A stretch of DNA of 64,000 nt from Octopus bimaculoides (GCF_001194135.2 NC_068984.1:22252183-22316182); one strand, 5' to 3'; shown: positions 1 to 13,827, counted from the stretch's first letter. Program-made: numbers and translations. Notes: generated by a model from the sequence alone, not told the origin.

Positions 1-66
1 CATATGATTATATGTAAAAGAACATGATTACATGTAAAAGAACATATGATTATATGTAAAAGAACA
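1..66. repeat. 20-22-bp tandem repeat x3
   Basis: CAT(AT)GATTA(T/C)ATGTAAAAGAA three times. Confidence 0.9.
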
Positions 67-495
67 TTACCAGACAGTGTTATGTTCGTGCCTTACTCGT
101 ATGTCTCAACACATATATCTATTTGACCCAGATACGCCACTAATCAAATATAGAAATTACTTTTAAACTCGAGTAAATGTATTTAAGAAACAGACAGTGA
201 AACTCGACTACAGTTAGACGAGATACATCTGGCCAGTGAAAATCCTTTAAACACCAGTGCCAAATCCGATAGGACATATTTCATTGAGAGTAATGTAAAT
301 TCACAGTGAAGGTTACTTGATCAGTGCAGGTTTCATCAGTATTTAGATGACAACGTTCAGATTCCACCGAGCTCAGCGTTGCTTTCATCCTTCTGGGGTC
401 GCAAAAATTATATAGCAGCCTATTTATTGGCGTCAGTAATATCGACCCTCACCCACTCCGCCAAATTACGAGATTACGAACCATCCAACGAGATG

Positions 496-640
496 GCAGA
501 CTCGTTAGAATGTCGGAAATGTTGCCTTGTAGTATTTCTTCCGATTATTTACCTTCTGAATCCAAATCCGGCTGTGGTTAGCTTTGCCTTTCGTTTTTCG
601 GAGAGGACAAAATAAAGTACCAATCAAGTAATAGAGTGGA
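496..640 (+). mobile_element. SINE family A, old copy (another fragment at ~355-415)
   Basis: GGCAGACTCGTTAG...GCTTTGCCTTTC...AAAGTACCAA aligns with better copies such as 8259-8483. Confidence 0.6.
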
Positions 641-2527
641 GACCATCGATTAATCAGCCCTACATAATATTGCTGCTGTTGAGCCTGAGTCAATAGCGAT
701 TATGATTCGTATTCATAGCTTGGGGAATTCGGTGGAAGTTTTTTGCCTGCAGCAAGAAATTCATATATCTGAGAGGACATGTACGCTGTTCATAAAAATG
801 TTGAAGGTTATCAAAAATGTTCAGTGGAAAAACAGATTATAGTAGCGGAAGTTAAGCATGATTTTCATGTTTAATGAGGTCGTGCAGGATTCAAATTTAA
901 CAAATGAATTATGACAATAGAAGCTTACAGTTGTGGAAATGATGGAATAAATTGTTGCTACCTCTCACTGTGGTGTTGTCAAATAGGTGTACAACCAACG
1001 GTTTGGGAAGTTAATCATATGAAACCGAATAAAATCTTTCTCGCAAATATAATTTTGTAAAATTAAGTACCCATCACTTCTCTACATGAATAATTTCATT
1101 TATAACTATTCAATATTCCTGCTGTTTAGTATTATGAAAGCTATTTTTAGGATAATGTCAGATTAGAAATGTGACGATAGTTAAGTTTGGGCATCTGCTT
1201 ATTTTTTTTTCCGGGGAGTCATTGATGTTCTACAAGTTGAACGTCAATTATACTCTTGATCTGAAACATTTAGGAGGATTTTTGTCGTTGCTTCGGAATG
1301 CAGTATGTCACACGACAACCGACAAAAATACTGAATGTTGTCAATACCACGATTTTTCTAATTTCCGAAGATGTTTATAGCAAGATTCAAATTAGATATT
1401 GTAGTCCTGTGGGGAAATGGTTTTTCAGTTTCTGTTGTGGTTACCTAACTAGTTAACATTTTGTTACACTTAGATCCGTTCTAGAAAAAAAATATAAAAA
1501 AACAATTTGCTTCCAAAATGTTTGTAATTATTATTTAGTCGGTAGTATCTTAACTTCTATTTTATCACAGAGTATTTCTCGAGAGAATTTTTGCAGCTTG
1601 TTTTCCAAAACGCGGCTTTGAGAAAACATGCTATTACCTAAAGAGGGTACTTTTCTGTTTTGCTTTAAGCATTCAAGTATTTCTAGTCGTGTTTGTTCAT
1701 TGTTTGAATGTCATTCAATCGTGATACAGTACGCATTTTTGTTATTTCTCCTAGAAGGGTTATATATTGCGATTTGGGTTATTTGCTTCGCTACGTAGAA
1801 TATCTATTCTTTAATTAAATTTGCTCTTTCAGTTATCTATTCTTTGTTGGTGTTTGGTTTTGTAACAATGCTTTGTATATATAATCACACAGTCTAATCA
1901 CAAACTGTTTAACTGAGTAATGTAAATGGTGATCGTAATGTTATGACTCATTATTTCCCTGTGTGCCTTGCTGATGGCGTTAATTAAATGTTGGTCTTAA
2001 ACACATATCTACTATTCATGCCTGTTACTTCAACCGGTTCTAAGAATTCTTTGTTTCAACCCAACTAAATAAAGTGTTTCACTTATTCTTTGCGGCCTCG
2101 GTTTTTAACTTCACCCAGTTTCCCCTGTTACTGTGTATTTTAGTATTATTCTCTTGGCCGAATATTTTCCCGAATATCTGTTTATTGTTTCCTTCAATTC
2201 TTCATAAAAAAACAAATCGACATTAATTAGAGACGTCTCTGTGATATATGTTTTCGTTAAACAAATTTGAATTTACTGCCTGATTATTATTATCTTTTCT
2301 TTTTTCAAAAATAACTGACAGCAAATCAATGTCTTTGATCCTTTTCAGAGCATCTAAAAAGGGAAAGAAGGGAAAAGTTATCCCTGCACCAGACTCTGGT
2401 TCGAAACTTCGCAACTGACTGAACTCCACAAAAAATATAGCGAAAATGATGCCTTGCAGCATTTCTCCCATTCTTGACCCAAATTTCGGAGAACAAATAG
2501 TCTTTCATTATTACGAATCTATATAAT

Positions 2528-2760
2528 AAGTACCGGTTGAGTACTGGGATTCATCAACTTACCTTCTTCCACGAAATTACTGGCCTAGAGCCAAAATTTG
2601 AAAACATTATTATTATTATTATTAAGGGGTGAGGAATGGCAGAATCGTTAAAATACCAGACACGTTACCTTGCCGTATTTTATAACATCCCTCTACACAA
2701 TATCTTCAAATCCATTTGGGTTAGCTTTGTCTTCATTCTTCAAGAGTCGATAATATAAAC
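2528..2760 (+). mobile_element. Two adjacent SINE family A fragments separated by (ATT)n
   Basis: 3' half AAGTACCGGTTGAGTACTGGG...TTTGAAACATTATT, followed by head TGGCAGAATCGTT. Confidence 0.6.
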
Positions 2761-3991
2761 TTGTAATCTCGGTTTACAAATTATTTCTTATTTTACGATG
2801 TTACACAATATAGTAGTTGTATTATTATTTCTACTCTAATAAGCGAAGTCAATGGGAGTGGCTGCAACAGTAAAATGCCTGGTTAAATGCATTATAGAAC
2901 TATATATCGATCCATTGTGTTCTGTTCTGATTTAAAATTATGGCGAACAGCATTTCAGTTTGTACTGCTGGCGTTATTTAATCAGCTATGTATGGCATGA
3001 AAACTTTAAGTACGCACCTCTCAACTGGAGTGTAGAAAATCTACTGGATAACATTTATATAGATAGTTTTATGCCAATTTTATGTGTTCCTTCTCTAGTG
3101 GATTGTTGTGATCTGCTATGTCGATAACGAGGGGTAAAAGTGTTGCATAACCTGAATAGACAACATTCAACGTATTTCCTGTATACTGATGACATATATG
3201 TACTTGTTAATGTCATGAAATAATTACTTGGCCTCAAGAATTCATTTAATCAACGTTTAAGGCGTAAATTTATGCATGGGTTAATAAGGAAATTAAATTT
3301 CCTTGATGGACATAAATGTCCAACCATAAAGTGATACATTCGTCAACAGTGTTAGCACTAAAACTTGTAACCTTAACGTTTAAGCTATAGAGATAATCAC
3401 CTTAGATAAAGCATTTCAATCATAAAATAATTCCTTTGAAGAGCATATTATATGAATCTAGCTTGTTTATAAATCACCGAGAAATTCCCGGAATAACAAA
3501 TTTTAATTAATAATGCTTACACTAACTAACTTGCAGATAATATCGCAAGATAATTTAACCATAAATGAATAATATACACTGATTGCTAAATAACGAAAAT
3601 GTATTATATGAAATATAATGCCAAAACAGTCGCTGCATACACACTTTAATATGGAAGATATTTCTAATATCACTATAAAATAAATATTTCTTTTGTGACT
3701 GCTAATACAAATAGGATCTGTCTATATTGAAAAGAATAAACAAGAATAATGTCTCAGAAGCAATATCATGAAAACAAACTTTTCATGAGATCTCCTGCAC
3801 AATTAATAGATATGGTCTGTTTCACTTCATTTGATTAAGAATCTTTAAATGCAGTCTCATTATAGTAATCTGTTGCAGCGAATAAAATGCCCTAATTCTC
3901 GGCAGTAAATAATGGAAAGTAGGATACAGTATTATGCAGGGCAGCTGAAGCATTCTCGCCAAATTTTGAAATCCCCTAATTTTCTCAATAG

Positions 3992-4076
3992 ACAAGCCGC
4001 TTCAGAGACAGTGCTTCTTACGCAGTTGTCGCTCAGATGATGAACAAACAGTTCTACAGGATGAAATAAATGTCAG
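3992..4076 (+). CDS. Candidate internal exon (85 nt, phase 1 to 2): xKPLQRQCFLRSCRSDDEQTVLQDEINV
   Basis: Branch-like CCTAAT, then TTTCTCAATAG acceptor and CAG|GTATGT donor; exactly one open frame. KP-x4-C-x4-C loosely recalls TSP1-repeat ends, but no gene is recognised. Confidence 0.4.
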
Positions 4077-5850
4077 GTATGTTGTTCACTCACAGTAAAT
4101 CACCCCTTCTCAAAGTGCTTCCTTACAACTATGCACAAAAATGTACTGTTAAAAGTGCTTTGGTTGTTGTTAACAGAATAAAAGCATTAAATCAGTTACA
4201 CTCTCGACTCAACCAAACTTCAATTCTGAAAAATGAAATCATTCTGTTTAATGCGATAGATCTAAAATATTTACTGATTGAATGAAGAGAAAAAGACAAA
4301 GAGAGACATTTTATTTTCTGAAAAGAGAAAAACAAGACATGAAGCTTAAATACCGTCATTATTCATTGCTGAGTGAGTATTTTCAGAGTATACTCTTTGA
4401 AACTTAATTGTGCGGAAGAAATGGATAGTGGAGTTGAATTGAATAGTAAAGTATATTTTGGGTAAAACAGTGGAAAAATAACTGAATGGTGGCAAAGAGT
4501 GGAATATGTACGGTAGATAACTAAATAAATACATTGATAAGAGAATGAAAATAGAGAAAACTAAAAGTGATTTGTATGAATGTTTCCTAACTTTAGTGCT
4601 GGCATATGTTTATACTAAAATTTTTTTACTGATAATAGGCGTCTTTTATTGAGAAGGAAAAAAATCAGCACTGTCTCTCTCATCATCATCATCATCACAA
4701 GCAGTAACAACAACAGCAGACAACCTCTTCATCAAGCAGTAACTTCTTCACATTCATTTTATATCAATCGTAATAAAAACGAAACACTGGATACTTTAGT
4801 ATTCTTGGAGAGCTTAACATTCAATGTAGGTGTGTACTGAAGGTGTATAGTATAAGTGTGCAGTGGTGATAAGGAGAAGAAAGAAAAACAAAAAGAAAAA
4901 AATTATTTTGAAATACACAACAAATGAAAAGCCCACAAAAAATGGAAGAAAATGGAAAAGCAAATGTTTAGCTAATTATATTGGTGTTAGCCTGAATTTC
5001 CATTACGTTTGTTAGATGTTTCTTGAAAGAGTTAAATATACATGTGCACTTATGCACAAGCACACACATACACTAACGTGCGCGCGCGCTCACAAACACA
5101 TATATATACATATATATGTATATGCATACAAACACAAACATACACACACATATATGCGTGTGCGCGTTTACATAAATACACACATGTATGCGTGTGCATT
5201 GTTGTTAATATGATTTATATTGATAGATGTTAAACTTCATTGATCGTCTCCTCACGTTCAGCCGATTTTATCTAGAACATTCGTGAAGAAATCACATACT
5301 TAACGCTTGCTGTTCGTTTTTTCTTTTTCTTCAAAGATTTTCCTTATATTTTTCACTTTCTAACAGTTCAATTTATTTCTCAATTCATTTTCTTATTGTT
5401 TTGTGATTTTATTTCCTTCTATAATCAAGCTCCTCAATTTAGTTTTCTTAAATATTTTTCATAGTATATTTCTTCACCATTTCTTCGTTTATAATTTCTT
5501 ATTTGTTCCGTTTCATAGTTTATTTTATTTATTTATCACTCCAAAGTACTGAAATAATACCAACCTTCACCTCAGCATTTCTTCTGTTGCATTTATCTTC
5601 CCCTCCCTTCGGTGATGTCAGTGTAGCCTAACCATTAAACCAACTACTTTCCGAGTATTCAAACACCAACTCCGAATTTGAGGATAATTTTAGTCTCACC
5701 GAAAGATATGGGTCCTCATTTTGATACCTATTTGCACGCTTTTCGTAACAACTAAATGAATGAGTAAAATTTAATTATAACTATTAACCTGTCACAACGC
5801 GGAAGACCCATATTAACTATTCAAAAAACAAAGACTTAATTTCACTTCAG

Positions 5851-5931
5851 TATTTACTATTTGGTGTCAAAATTTTCATCGCACCAATTACGGCCTAGTT
5901 GCAGATATATTTTCACTGCAATTCGTTTCAG
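5851..5931 (+). CDS. Candidate internal exon (81 nt)
   Basis: CTTAATTTCACTTCAG acceptor and CAG|GTAAGA donor; length divisible by 3; two open frames (IYYLVSKFSSHQLRPSCRYIFTAIRF or FTIWCQNFHRTNYGLVADIFSLQFVS). Confidence 0.3.
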
Positions 5932-8258
5932 GTAAGACTATTTCCAAAATTTCAAGACGAAAAGAAATCGTAGCGGAGACTTCTCTTGATAAGCGCGTTA
6001 ATACAGTATAACGCTAGTCTGATAGAGATATAGGTACCAGAAACATTTTTCAGAAAAGCCTATACAATATATTGATATATTATACTATGAATATAATATA
6101 ATATGATATAATATAATAATACATGAAAAATTATTAAAATCCATAAAAGCGAACTATGTTTCGACCTATATACAATTTTTGATATTCAAACAATTCAATT
6201 CCCCTATAAAAGCCTCATGAGAGCCAAGTGTTTGAAGATAGACGAGATTGCGTGTGAAAGTACGGCTTGATTGTAAAAAAATTAATTCCAATGCCTATGT
6301 ATTTTGAGCGTAAGCTATTCAACTACATGTCAATTACAATTAAAAACAAGAATACCAGCAGCATATTATGACAGCCTTGCCATTAATATAACCACCATCA
6401 CCATTCCCACTTGTAATATAACTATTACTGCTTATACAGACACTTCTATCATTCCATTATTTGACCCTTCAATCCCAAATATTAAAGGACTCAGAATGGT
6501 GTTGCTGGACATGCTAGAAATAGCAATGACATTTTCCTCGATTCCTAGATAATTTCGCTGATTTAATTCATAGTTTCTTGAAAGTATCCCCTGTTTTCTT
6601 CCGGAGTTATTAACAATTATAAATAAACTTCATATTTGACAATGAAGACTTTTGTTGGAAATAATTTACTGGTCACAAATAGAACGCCTTTGATCATAGA
6701 TCTGCTGTCACAGCCGATGTAGAGTTCAATAAAGTCAGTGTACTTAATACCGCCAATACCACGGTTAATACAGCCAATACACACCAGCATCACGAACATC
6801 AGGAGATTCGCTACAATAATCCTTTCATTTCTCTACGATCTAGTTTATTCCTGGTCATGCCAATAACAACACCAGTACAACATTATTAACATCAACTTAC
6901 AACATTACTGTAGCTGACACCACACTTGCTTTACTTTTACTAACATAAAAAAAAACTCAAATAAAGAGCTGAAACTTTTAAATAATATTAAGTTTTTTTT
7001 TCCTGATAGTATAACGTGTGATAGTATCAATTGATAAGAACACTAACCAAGGATTCTGACATCACTAACTAATCGGAGTTGTTATTTGTCAGATAGTCTA
7101 TACCACAATTTGTTTTAAAATACAACTACCAATACTACTATCGTATCGCTATCAACACGTTTATGAGGGATATGTTGACTGCTAAAACATAGCAGCTAAA
7201 TCTGCCACGAATTATACACTACTGTCGTGCAAATGGGAAATCTATTACACAATGTAATCTTAGATAAATTATGACTGGAAAATAGAAAGCTAATCATTGA
7301 TGGAAGGTATTTGATGAGAGAAAATTTAATATCAGATTACAATATCACTAACCATATACTACTAAAGTTACTGTTTCCGTCGGAAATAGTGATACACTGA
7401 ATGCAAAAACCTAGTGGTAATTGTTAATAGCTGTGGAAGAAAAGGGGAGATAATTTCAAGAAATGAATGAATTGCACAAAAATACTATACATGCTTAGAA
7501 AGAAACCTGAATTTTGCATGTAAATTACTGCTAGGTTTATATTTTCTCTATAATGTGAAATAACTGCTTATTGAGATTATTTTTCTCTTTTTTTCTTTGC
7601 ATGTACCTTACAGAAAATCACTTCCTTCCTCAAGTATCTATCTTCATATCAGTAGCAGATTTGAATCATCTCCCTTAACCCATTTATGTATTTTTATAAT
7701 TAGTTTATTACTACGAGCCAATACTTACCATAACTTTTTCTGTATGTAGAAACTTTTATCGACTGATCAAAACAGATTTCAATAGACTATGTTATACTAA
7801 TGAGGAGCAATAAGCTTGAAAAATATCCTCAACTATCCGTTTTGCCGGCAACGAAAGATAAAAATTTCCCTAATTATGTAAATTAATTTTGCTGAATTAA
7901 TTTATAGTTTCTTTAAATTATCTCTTGTTTTCTTTCGGAGGCATTAACAATCATTGCTAGTTTTTGTTTATGTTTTTGTTTGTCTTTGATTTATTTCTCC
8001 AGCTAAGAGGGAAATTGCAAAAATTGATAATTTTTGTACGATCACTCCTTAATACTTTTAAGAGATTAATTGCCATCTGTTGGAACAGATATATCGATCA
8101 GGAAACATTCCCATTCCTAACAAATTCCTAGAAGAATAATACGCATTCGATTTGCGTCAGAATTCTTTTTTTCTCAATTCGAAATGACAATTATTATTAC
8201 TTAAAAAATAAAATACACAATGAATAACTGATATCCTCATTATTATTAATATTATTAA

Positions 8259-8483
8259 AGCAGCAAGCTGGCAGAATCGTTAGTACACTGGACGAAATGC
8301 TTCGCGGTACTTTGCCCATCGCTACGTTGTGAGTTCAAATTCCGCGGATGTCGACTTTGACTTTCATCCATTCGGTTTCGATAAATTACGTACTAGTCAA
8401 GTACTGGGAGTAGATGTGATCAACTTTCCCCTCCTCACCAAAATTTCAGGCCTTGTGCCTATAGTAGAAAGGATTATTATTAT
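8259..8483 (+). mobile_element. tRNA-derived SINE family A, near full length
   Basis: A-box-like TGGCAGAATCG, B-box GAGTTCAAATTCC, central GACTTTGACTTTCATCCATTCGG..GATAAATTACGTACTAG (Meta-domain-like, recalled), tail GGCCTTGTGCCTATAGTAGAAAGG. (ATT)n on both sides. Confidence 0.85.
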
Positions 8484-8611
8484 CATTCAGTAGTCTTAAC
8501 TTTATTACGTGCTTTCACTACACTACCGAGGGTAGGTCTGCGTGCCTTGGGTATAGGTCTCTTATTTTGTTGTGCTTTGTTGTGGGGCTTTTATTTTCAC
8601 TGTACGTAGGA

Positions 8612-8958
8612 TTATTATTATTATTATTATTATTACTTTTGAGTGAGAGAGCAGTGCATACCATCAAAGTGACACTGGGGTAAAATATACGAAGCCCAGT
8701 ATACCTATCATGACTACGCGTCTGATAAGAGTACACAAGGTACAAGCATCTCGACAATATGTGCGCGACATGTTGATCTCATATCAAGATAAACAGCACT
8801 TGACATTGCAGGTGGGGCCCAGTTAGAATTTTCTTGTGGTCCAGTAACCCATCTCGCTCAAAAGGTCCCTGAATAAAGGTATGTTGGACGAAACACCCAT
8901 GTTACAAAGGTGAATTATTCAAACAGCAAAGAATTCCTCTCAACACATGGCTATGATG
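8612..8958 (-). mobile_element. SINE-like repeat family E (5'-truncated, (AAT)n tail)
   Basis: GC-richer ~320-bp block GAGTGAGAGAGCAGTGCA...CAACACATGGCTATGATGC next to (ATT)n. Resembles a common Octopus repeat (recalled); single copy in this window. Confidence 0.55.
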
Positions 8959-9245
8959 CCGTCACAATTAATATAATAATTATTATTATAATTATTATTA
9001 TTATTATTATTATTATTGTTGCGACATTGGTTACTTAATATATCTAGCTGCATGAGAAATCCTAATCCTGCAATTAAGAGGTAACGAACCTTGGAGCTAT
9101 GGTTACTTTTAGTTATGTCAAACTAGTGTTTCTCTATTTTTAAAAAGATTTTTCAGTTGAGAGATACCAAGTGTCTCAAACAAGCAGAATAATTCAGACA
9201 ACTCCATTAATCTTATGACACTGCTATATTACCCTTCTCCCTTAG

Positions 9246-9532
9246 TTGTCACGAACACGCTTAACACCGCAAGCTGTATTATTCTAACATCAAGACCTAC
9301 ACTGCCAGCCATATTGTGATGCATACTAACAACAGCTGCTGCTGTAACAATAGCTGCAGTATGTGTAAAAGTGTGTCCTGGTGTTTGCTTCCATGCCATA
9401 TTGGATTGGAGATGGGAAGTAGCGAAGAGGTTATGATGAAGTGTAGGGTGGAGGACTATATGAAATTGTGACATATGGTTATAGAACGGAAATGAAACAA
9501 ACAGGAAGTTTAACAGAATCAGTAAAAGTCAG
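9246..9532 (+). other. Candidate mostly non-coding exon (287 nt)
   Basis: ACCCTTCTCCCTTAG acceptor and CAG|GTAAGC donor; more GC-balanced than its flanks. All frames are closed, but ATG 9492 opens MKQTGSLTESVKV into the donor. Confidence 0.3.
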
Positions 9533-9764
9533 GTAAGCACCATAAGCACTAGCAGCAATAACAAGAACAAACGCTAAATGAACTACAATTTCTAAGACAA
9601 CTACGATGATGAGGAGGATAATGATGCTGGTGATGATGGTTATGGTGATAAAAATAATGATGATTATGGTTTTAATATAGATAGAATGAAGAGAAAGAAA
9701 GATAAGTGGTAAGCAGGGAGATTACGTTAAGTACCGGAAGTCAGGCGAATAGGCTGCCATATTA

Positions 9765-9767
9765 TAA

Positions 9768-9843
<76 letters not shown>

Positions 9844-9848
9844 ATATA
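9765..9848. repeat. Interrupted (TA)n
   Basis: Direct read. Confidence 0.95.
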
Positions 9849-10093
9849 ACAGGTTCCTGCAGCTAATTTAGTTCTTCCTTTCGTAAATGTGACAGATTTG
9901 TGACGTCAATCCTCGTTAAACTGTATGAACCTGACATGTTACAATTTACTTCGTTTTTTCCTCAAAGTAAGATTAACCCACTACCATCGCCAGTCCGTCA
10001 AGCTCTACAAAAATCAATGACAACAACAATAACCAGAATAACCGTAAAGACAATAACAAAAGAATACTAATACTACTTATTGTTATTATTTGT

Positions 10094-10306
10094 AAGGCGG
10101 AGAGCTGGGAGGGGGTTTATCACGACCGCCAAATAATTAGCAGCCTTTCTTCTAGCTTTATGTTCCGAGTTCAAATTCCACCGAGGTCGGCTTTGCCTTT
10201 CATCCTTTCGGGATCGATTGAAAAAGTATCTGTCTTTCTTTAGGGCGGTTGTAATTGACTATCACCTCCCACGAAATTTCGGGCCTTGTGCTTACATTAG
10301 AAAGGG
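10094..10306 (+). mobile_element. SINE family A
   Basis: AAGGCGGAGAGCTGG...GAGTTCAAATTCCACCGAGGTCGGCTTTGCCTTTCATCCTTTCGGG...GGCCTTGTGC. Confidence 0.85.
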
Positions 10307-10318
10307 TTAATATAATTA

Positions 10319-10530
10319 CTTCTAATTCAGGCACATATCTAGCAACTTTGAAGGGAGGGGATTAGACAATACCATTATCCTCAATACTTAACTGGTACTT
10401 TATTTTATCGAATTAGAAAGGACGAATGGCAAAATTGATCTCAGCGAGACTTGAACTTAGGTTGTAAAGAACAAGGTGAAGTACTGCAAAGTATTTTTCT
10501 GACGTTTTAACGATTCTACTGTTTGTTGCC
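10319..10530 (-). mobile_element. SINE family A, tail-to-tail with the previous copy
   Basis: CTGGTACTTTATTTTATCGA...TTGAACTTAG...TAACGATTCT is the reverse complement of family A. Confidence 0.75.
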
Positions 10531-10695
10531 CACCAAACAGAATGTCTAAAATGACATACGTTGTCATAATGTATATGTTAATCAATTAATTATAGATAAG
10601 CTCTTTTGTTTCACCTCGGGGACTAATGTCACAGTAAGAATGAATATAACTTTATTAAACATATGGATGTGATTGGCACTTTAATTATTATTATT

Positions 10696-10729
<34 letters not shown>

Positions 10730-11194
10730 TTGCTCGGTGCTGGTTGTGAGAAGATATTTGGTTACCTAAAGCAATAGAGATATTCATGTCTCAATTTTAG
10801 TTTCTCCATAACTCTAGTGTTCTTCACACCTCTGTATACTGATATTTGTCTCATCTTCGTGAATATAATGAAATATTGATTTCCAGCATGATTTACTGAT
10901 ACTGTTCAATATATATTACTTACCCTAAAGTTCTCCTAAACAATTTGTAGTATTTATTCATTTAAGTTTTGAGTTCAAATCAAGGTAGGATTAACTCTGT
11001 CGTACCTTTGACTATGTACAGATGTTATCTTCTAATACAGTAAACTTAACCGTCACCCAAAAGCGTGTATGATTTTAGAATACCACGCTTTCAATAGTTA
11101 TTTTAGGTGCTAATATAATAGCGAACATAGACACGTTTGGATCTCCAGCACTTGACTCAGTGGAACATCGAAGATGGGACAGCTGATGGGAAAG

Positions 11195-11360
11195 AAAGTT
11201 TCATCAGTACTCAGCTGGGACTCATTTTTAGGTGAATAGACTGGAGCAACATGAAAGGAAGTGCTACGCTCAAGGACACACTGCAATGCCTGGTGCATCA
11301 ATCGAATCCACAATTTCACGACCATGAACCGAACACTAGCCACAGGGCCACGCGTCTTCA
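11195..11360 (-). mobile_element. tRNA-derived SINE family C
   Basis: GACTGGAGCAACATGAAAGGAAGTG..GCTCAAGGACAC...ATCGAATCCAC...GCCACGCG is shared with the copies at 26237, 41270 and 60242. Confidence 0.7.
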
Positions 11361-13746
11361 CTCTAGTCCTAATTATTGCACTATATTACCGATTAACATT
11401 TCAGATTTAAGTTATAGCTGTGTATAACATTAAATTTAATATTGTAAAGATGAAATATCAACGTGACTAACTTAAAATGTCATTTCTCAACTGCAATATT
11501 TATGCGATCAACTTTACATTTCATGTTTCACAACTGATATAAATCTGTTATCAACTTTATATTTCGTGTTTCTTAGCTGAAGTATCCAACTTATTTGTAG
11601 TATTTTGTCAACTTAAAATGATACATGTTTGATCAGCCATACATTTCGTATTTCTTAGTCAAAATATATCTGTGATATATTATAGATTTCAAATCTCACA
11701 TTTGAAACATATCAGGGATCAGTTTTATATGTCTTTATTTCATAGCCGAAGTATCTTTCATCTACATCACATTTCTTATTTCACTTCTGATTTATCCCTA
11801 AAATTTTAGAATTCAATAACATAAAATATACTACATAATAAAAACTAAGATACAGTAGATCGCCCATGTAGCGTCATCCTTGCACACATGGAAACAAATC
11901 GTATGGAGGAAAACACATAAGTTACAAGACAGTTTGCCATCTACACTATTCCATACGTACTTGTATATCAAGAAGCCAAACTTATACTTCTTTTTGGTGC
12001 CCATATATACAATCCAACACTTTCCACAGAACAAAACTGCTTACTCTGATCTAAACATTACGTTATTATTTACTGATGTATTAACTGAATTACATAACAA
12101 ATCCTTGTATGTTATGTAATCAGTTAGTCTCGAGTAGAGGCATTTCTGTATATTTTCTTATCTTCGTGTTTTTCCTCGACCTCTTAACTCTACCATCTAC
12201 CTACCTGCTTACGTACTCTTCTACACATTATCTAATCATCTGTACGTAACATACATTCGTGAAAATCTCAACTAATCACACTAGAACTTCCTCACTCTTC
12301 ACCTGCTTATGAAATCTGAAATTATTCGTTTTATTATCTGTGTGGGTGCATGTGTGTGTTTACCGAGCTTACTTTTGTGGTAAATAAAAAGAAATGCAAT
12401 TTAAATTTTGTTCAAAAGTAATTTCGTGAAATTTTCTGAAGCTCTATCAATGTAAAATCGCCACGGCAAACGCAATTATCATTATATAATGCACAAATCC
12501 AATAAGCTTTTAAAATACACACCTCCCTCTTATTAAGCAGTTAATTGAATGCTTCATTCCTTCAAATGAGGATTATACATAGCACTTTATATAAGTTTTC
12601 GAAATACACGTGCATAAGTAAATCATTTTACATTCCTATTGTTACAATACAAATCTCGTAAGAGCGAAACCGGTCGTACTTTTCTAGCCACCAACTCAGT
12701 ATAAAATTGCCATGGACAATTTTCGTATTCTGCTATTGAAGCAAACTGATGACATTGTTGTTTTTGTTGATGTGGATATAACAACCAAATATTTCCGAAA
12801 TCGCCCCCTTCCGTCTCAATATTTGAAAACAAGCTTTACTGGAATACCTTTGCTCAGAGGCCTGCGTATTCAGAGACGACCTCAACATGGACAACTTGTT
12901 CCAGTGACAGGCTACAAGGTGTCAACCATTCATTAAACTTTACAACACATCGTCGATTGTTTCAAGTTTAAGTACAGTGTTAGGTGTACTTTTGCATATA
13001 TTTTATAAATAAACGCATATAACGTATCTATTTAAATCCTCACACAAATACACAAACAAGAAAGGATTTCCCCCCCATCCAATTGGCTCATATAAGGGTG
13101 GAGAATGTAGATAACTCTATTCAATGGAATATGAACGCAGAAATCAATCCCGGAGGATAAATTATGGTTTCACTACTGTCGACGAAGTACCGTCAGACAA
13201 CTAAGCATATTGCGCATGCTCCAGCGTCGCAATGATTCCCATGTGGTGAATACAGAATGAGAGTAACACTAGATATGAAGTAATGTTGTCTCGGTGACTA
13301 AAACAAACTAACAGATGTAACTAAATTGAAATAAAGAAAACATAAAAACTAAGAAACTACGGGTGAGTTGCATAGAAATCTAATGAGGAATACTAAATAA
13401 ATAAATAGCCAAATTGTTAAATGGAAGTCTTTCATCGCTATTTTCGCTTACGATAAAAATGTGTGAAAGAATTTCAATAACCCTACTATTTTATTTATTA
13501 GCTGTTATATTTGGTAGGAGTGTGAATTTGAAAACAAAGAAAAAGAACATATATAATTACACACACACACATACATACATATGAGAAGAGAGAGAGAGAG
13601 AGAGAGATAGAGAGAAAAAGAGAGAGAGGGGGGAAGATATATATATTGTTAACGGCGAATAATGTTACTTCAGAAAGTTGGTAACAAGGATAACAAGGTG
13701 AATATTTCTTCAAATATATGCCAGTACTTGAATGTTACATTATATA

Positions 13747-13827
13747 GGCGCAGGAGTGGCTGTGTGGTTAGAAGCTTGCTTCCCAACCACATGGTTCCGG
13801 GTTCAGTCGCACTGCGTGGCACCTTGG
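13747..13827 (+). mobile_element. SINE family B 5' head (truncated)
   Basis: GGCGCAGGAGTGGCTGTGTGG...GGTTCCGGGTTCAGTC..CTGCGTGGCACCTTGG: A/B boxes plus a CORE-like start. Confidence 0.8.

Noticed and set aside
1480-2215. A-rich minus strand with fragments such as EQTRLEILECLKQNRKVPSL, hinting at a GIY-YIG/PLE C-terminus
   Set aside because: Many stops and no second diagnostic motif; too weak to call.
2223-2471. 82-aa minus-strand ORF with a hydrophobic N-terminus; similar hydrophobic ORFs at 6617-6799 and 26974-27201
   Set aside because: Hydrophobicity follows from T-rich composition; no splice or homology support.
8259-8345. tRNA-like A/B boxes in SINE heads
   Set aside because: No cloverleaf or acceptor stem; they continue directly into SINE bodies, so they are not tRNA genes.
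9229-9474. Minus-strand ORF ending in a signal-peptide-like stretch (RIIQLAVLSVFVTTKG) with possible splice sites
   Set aside because: The donor is weaker than the + strand sites over the same DNA, and no homology is recognised; kept only as an alternative.
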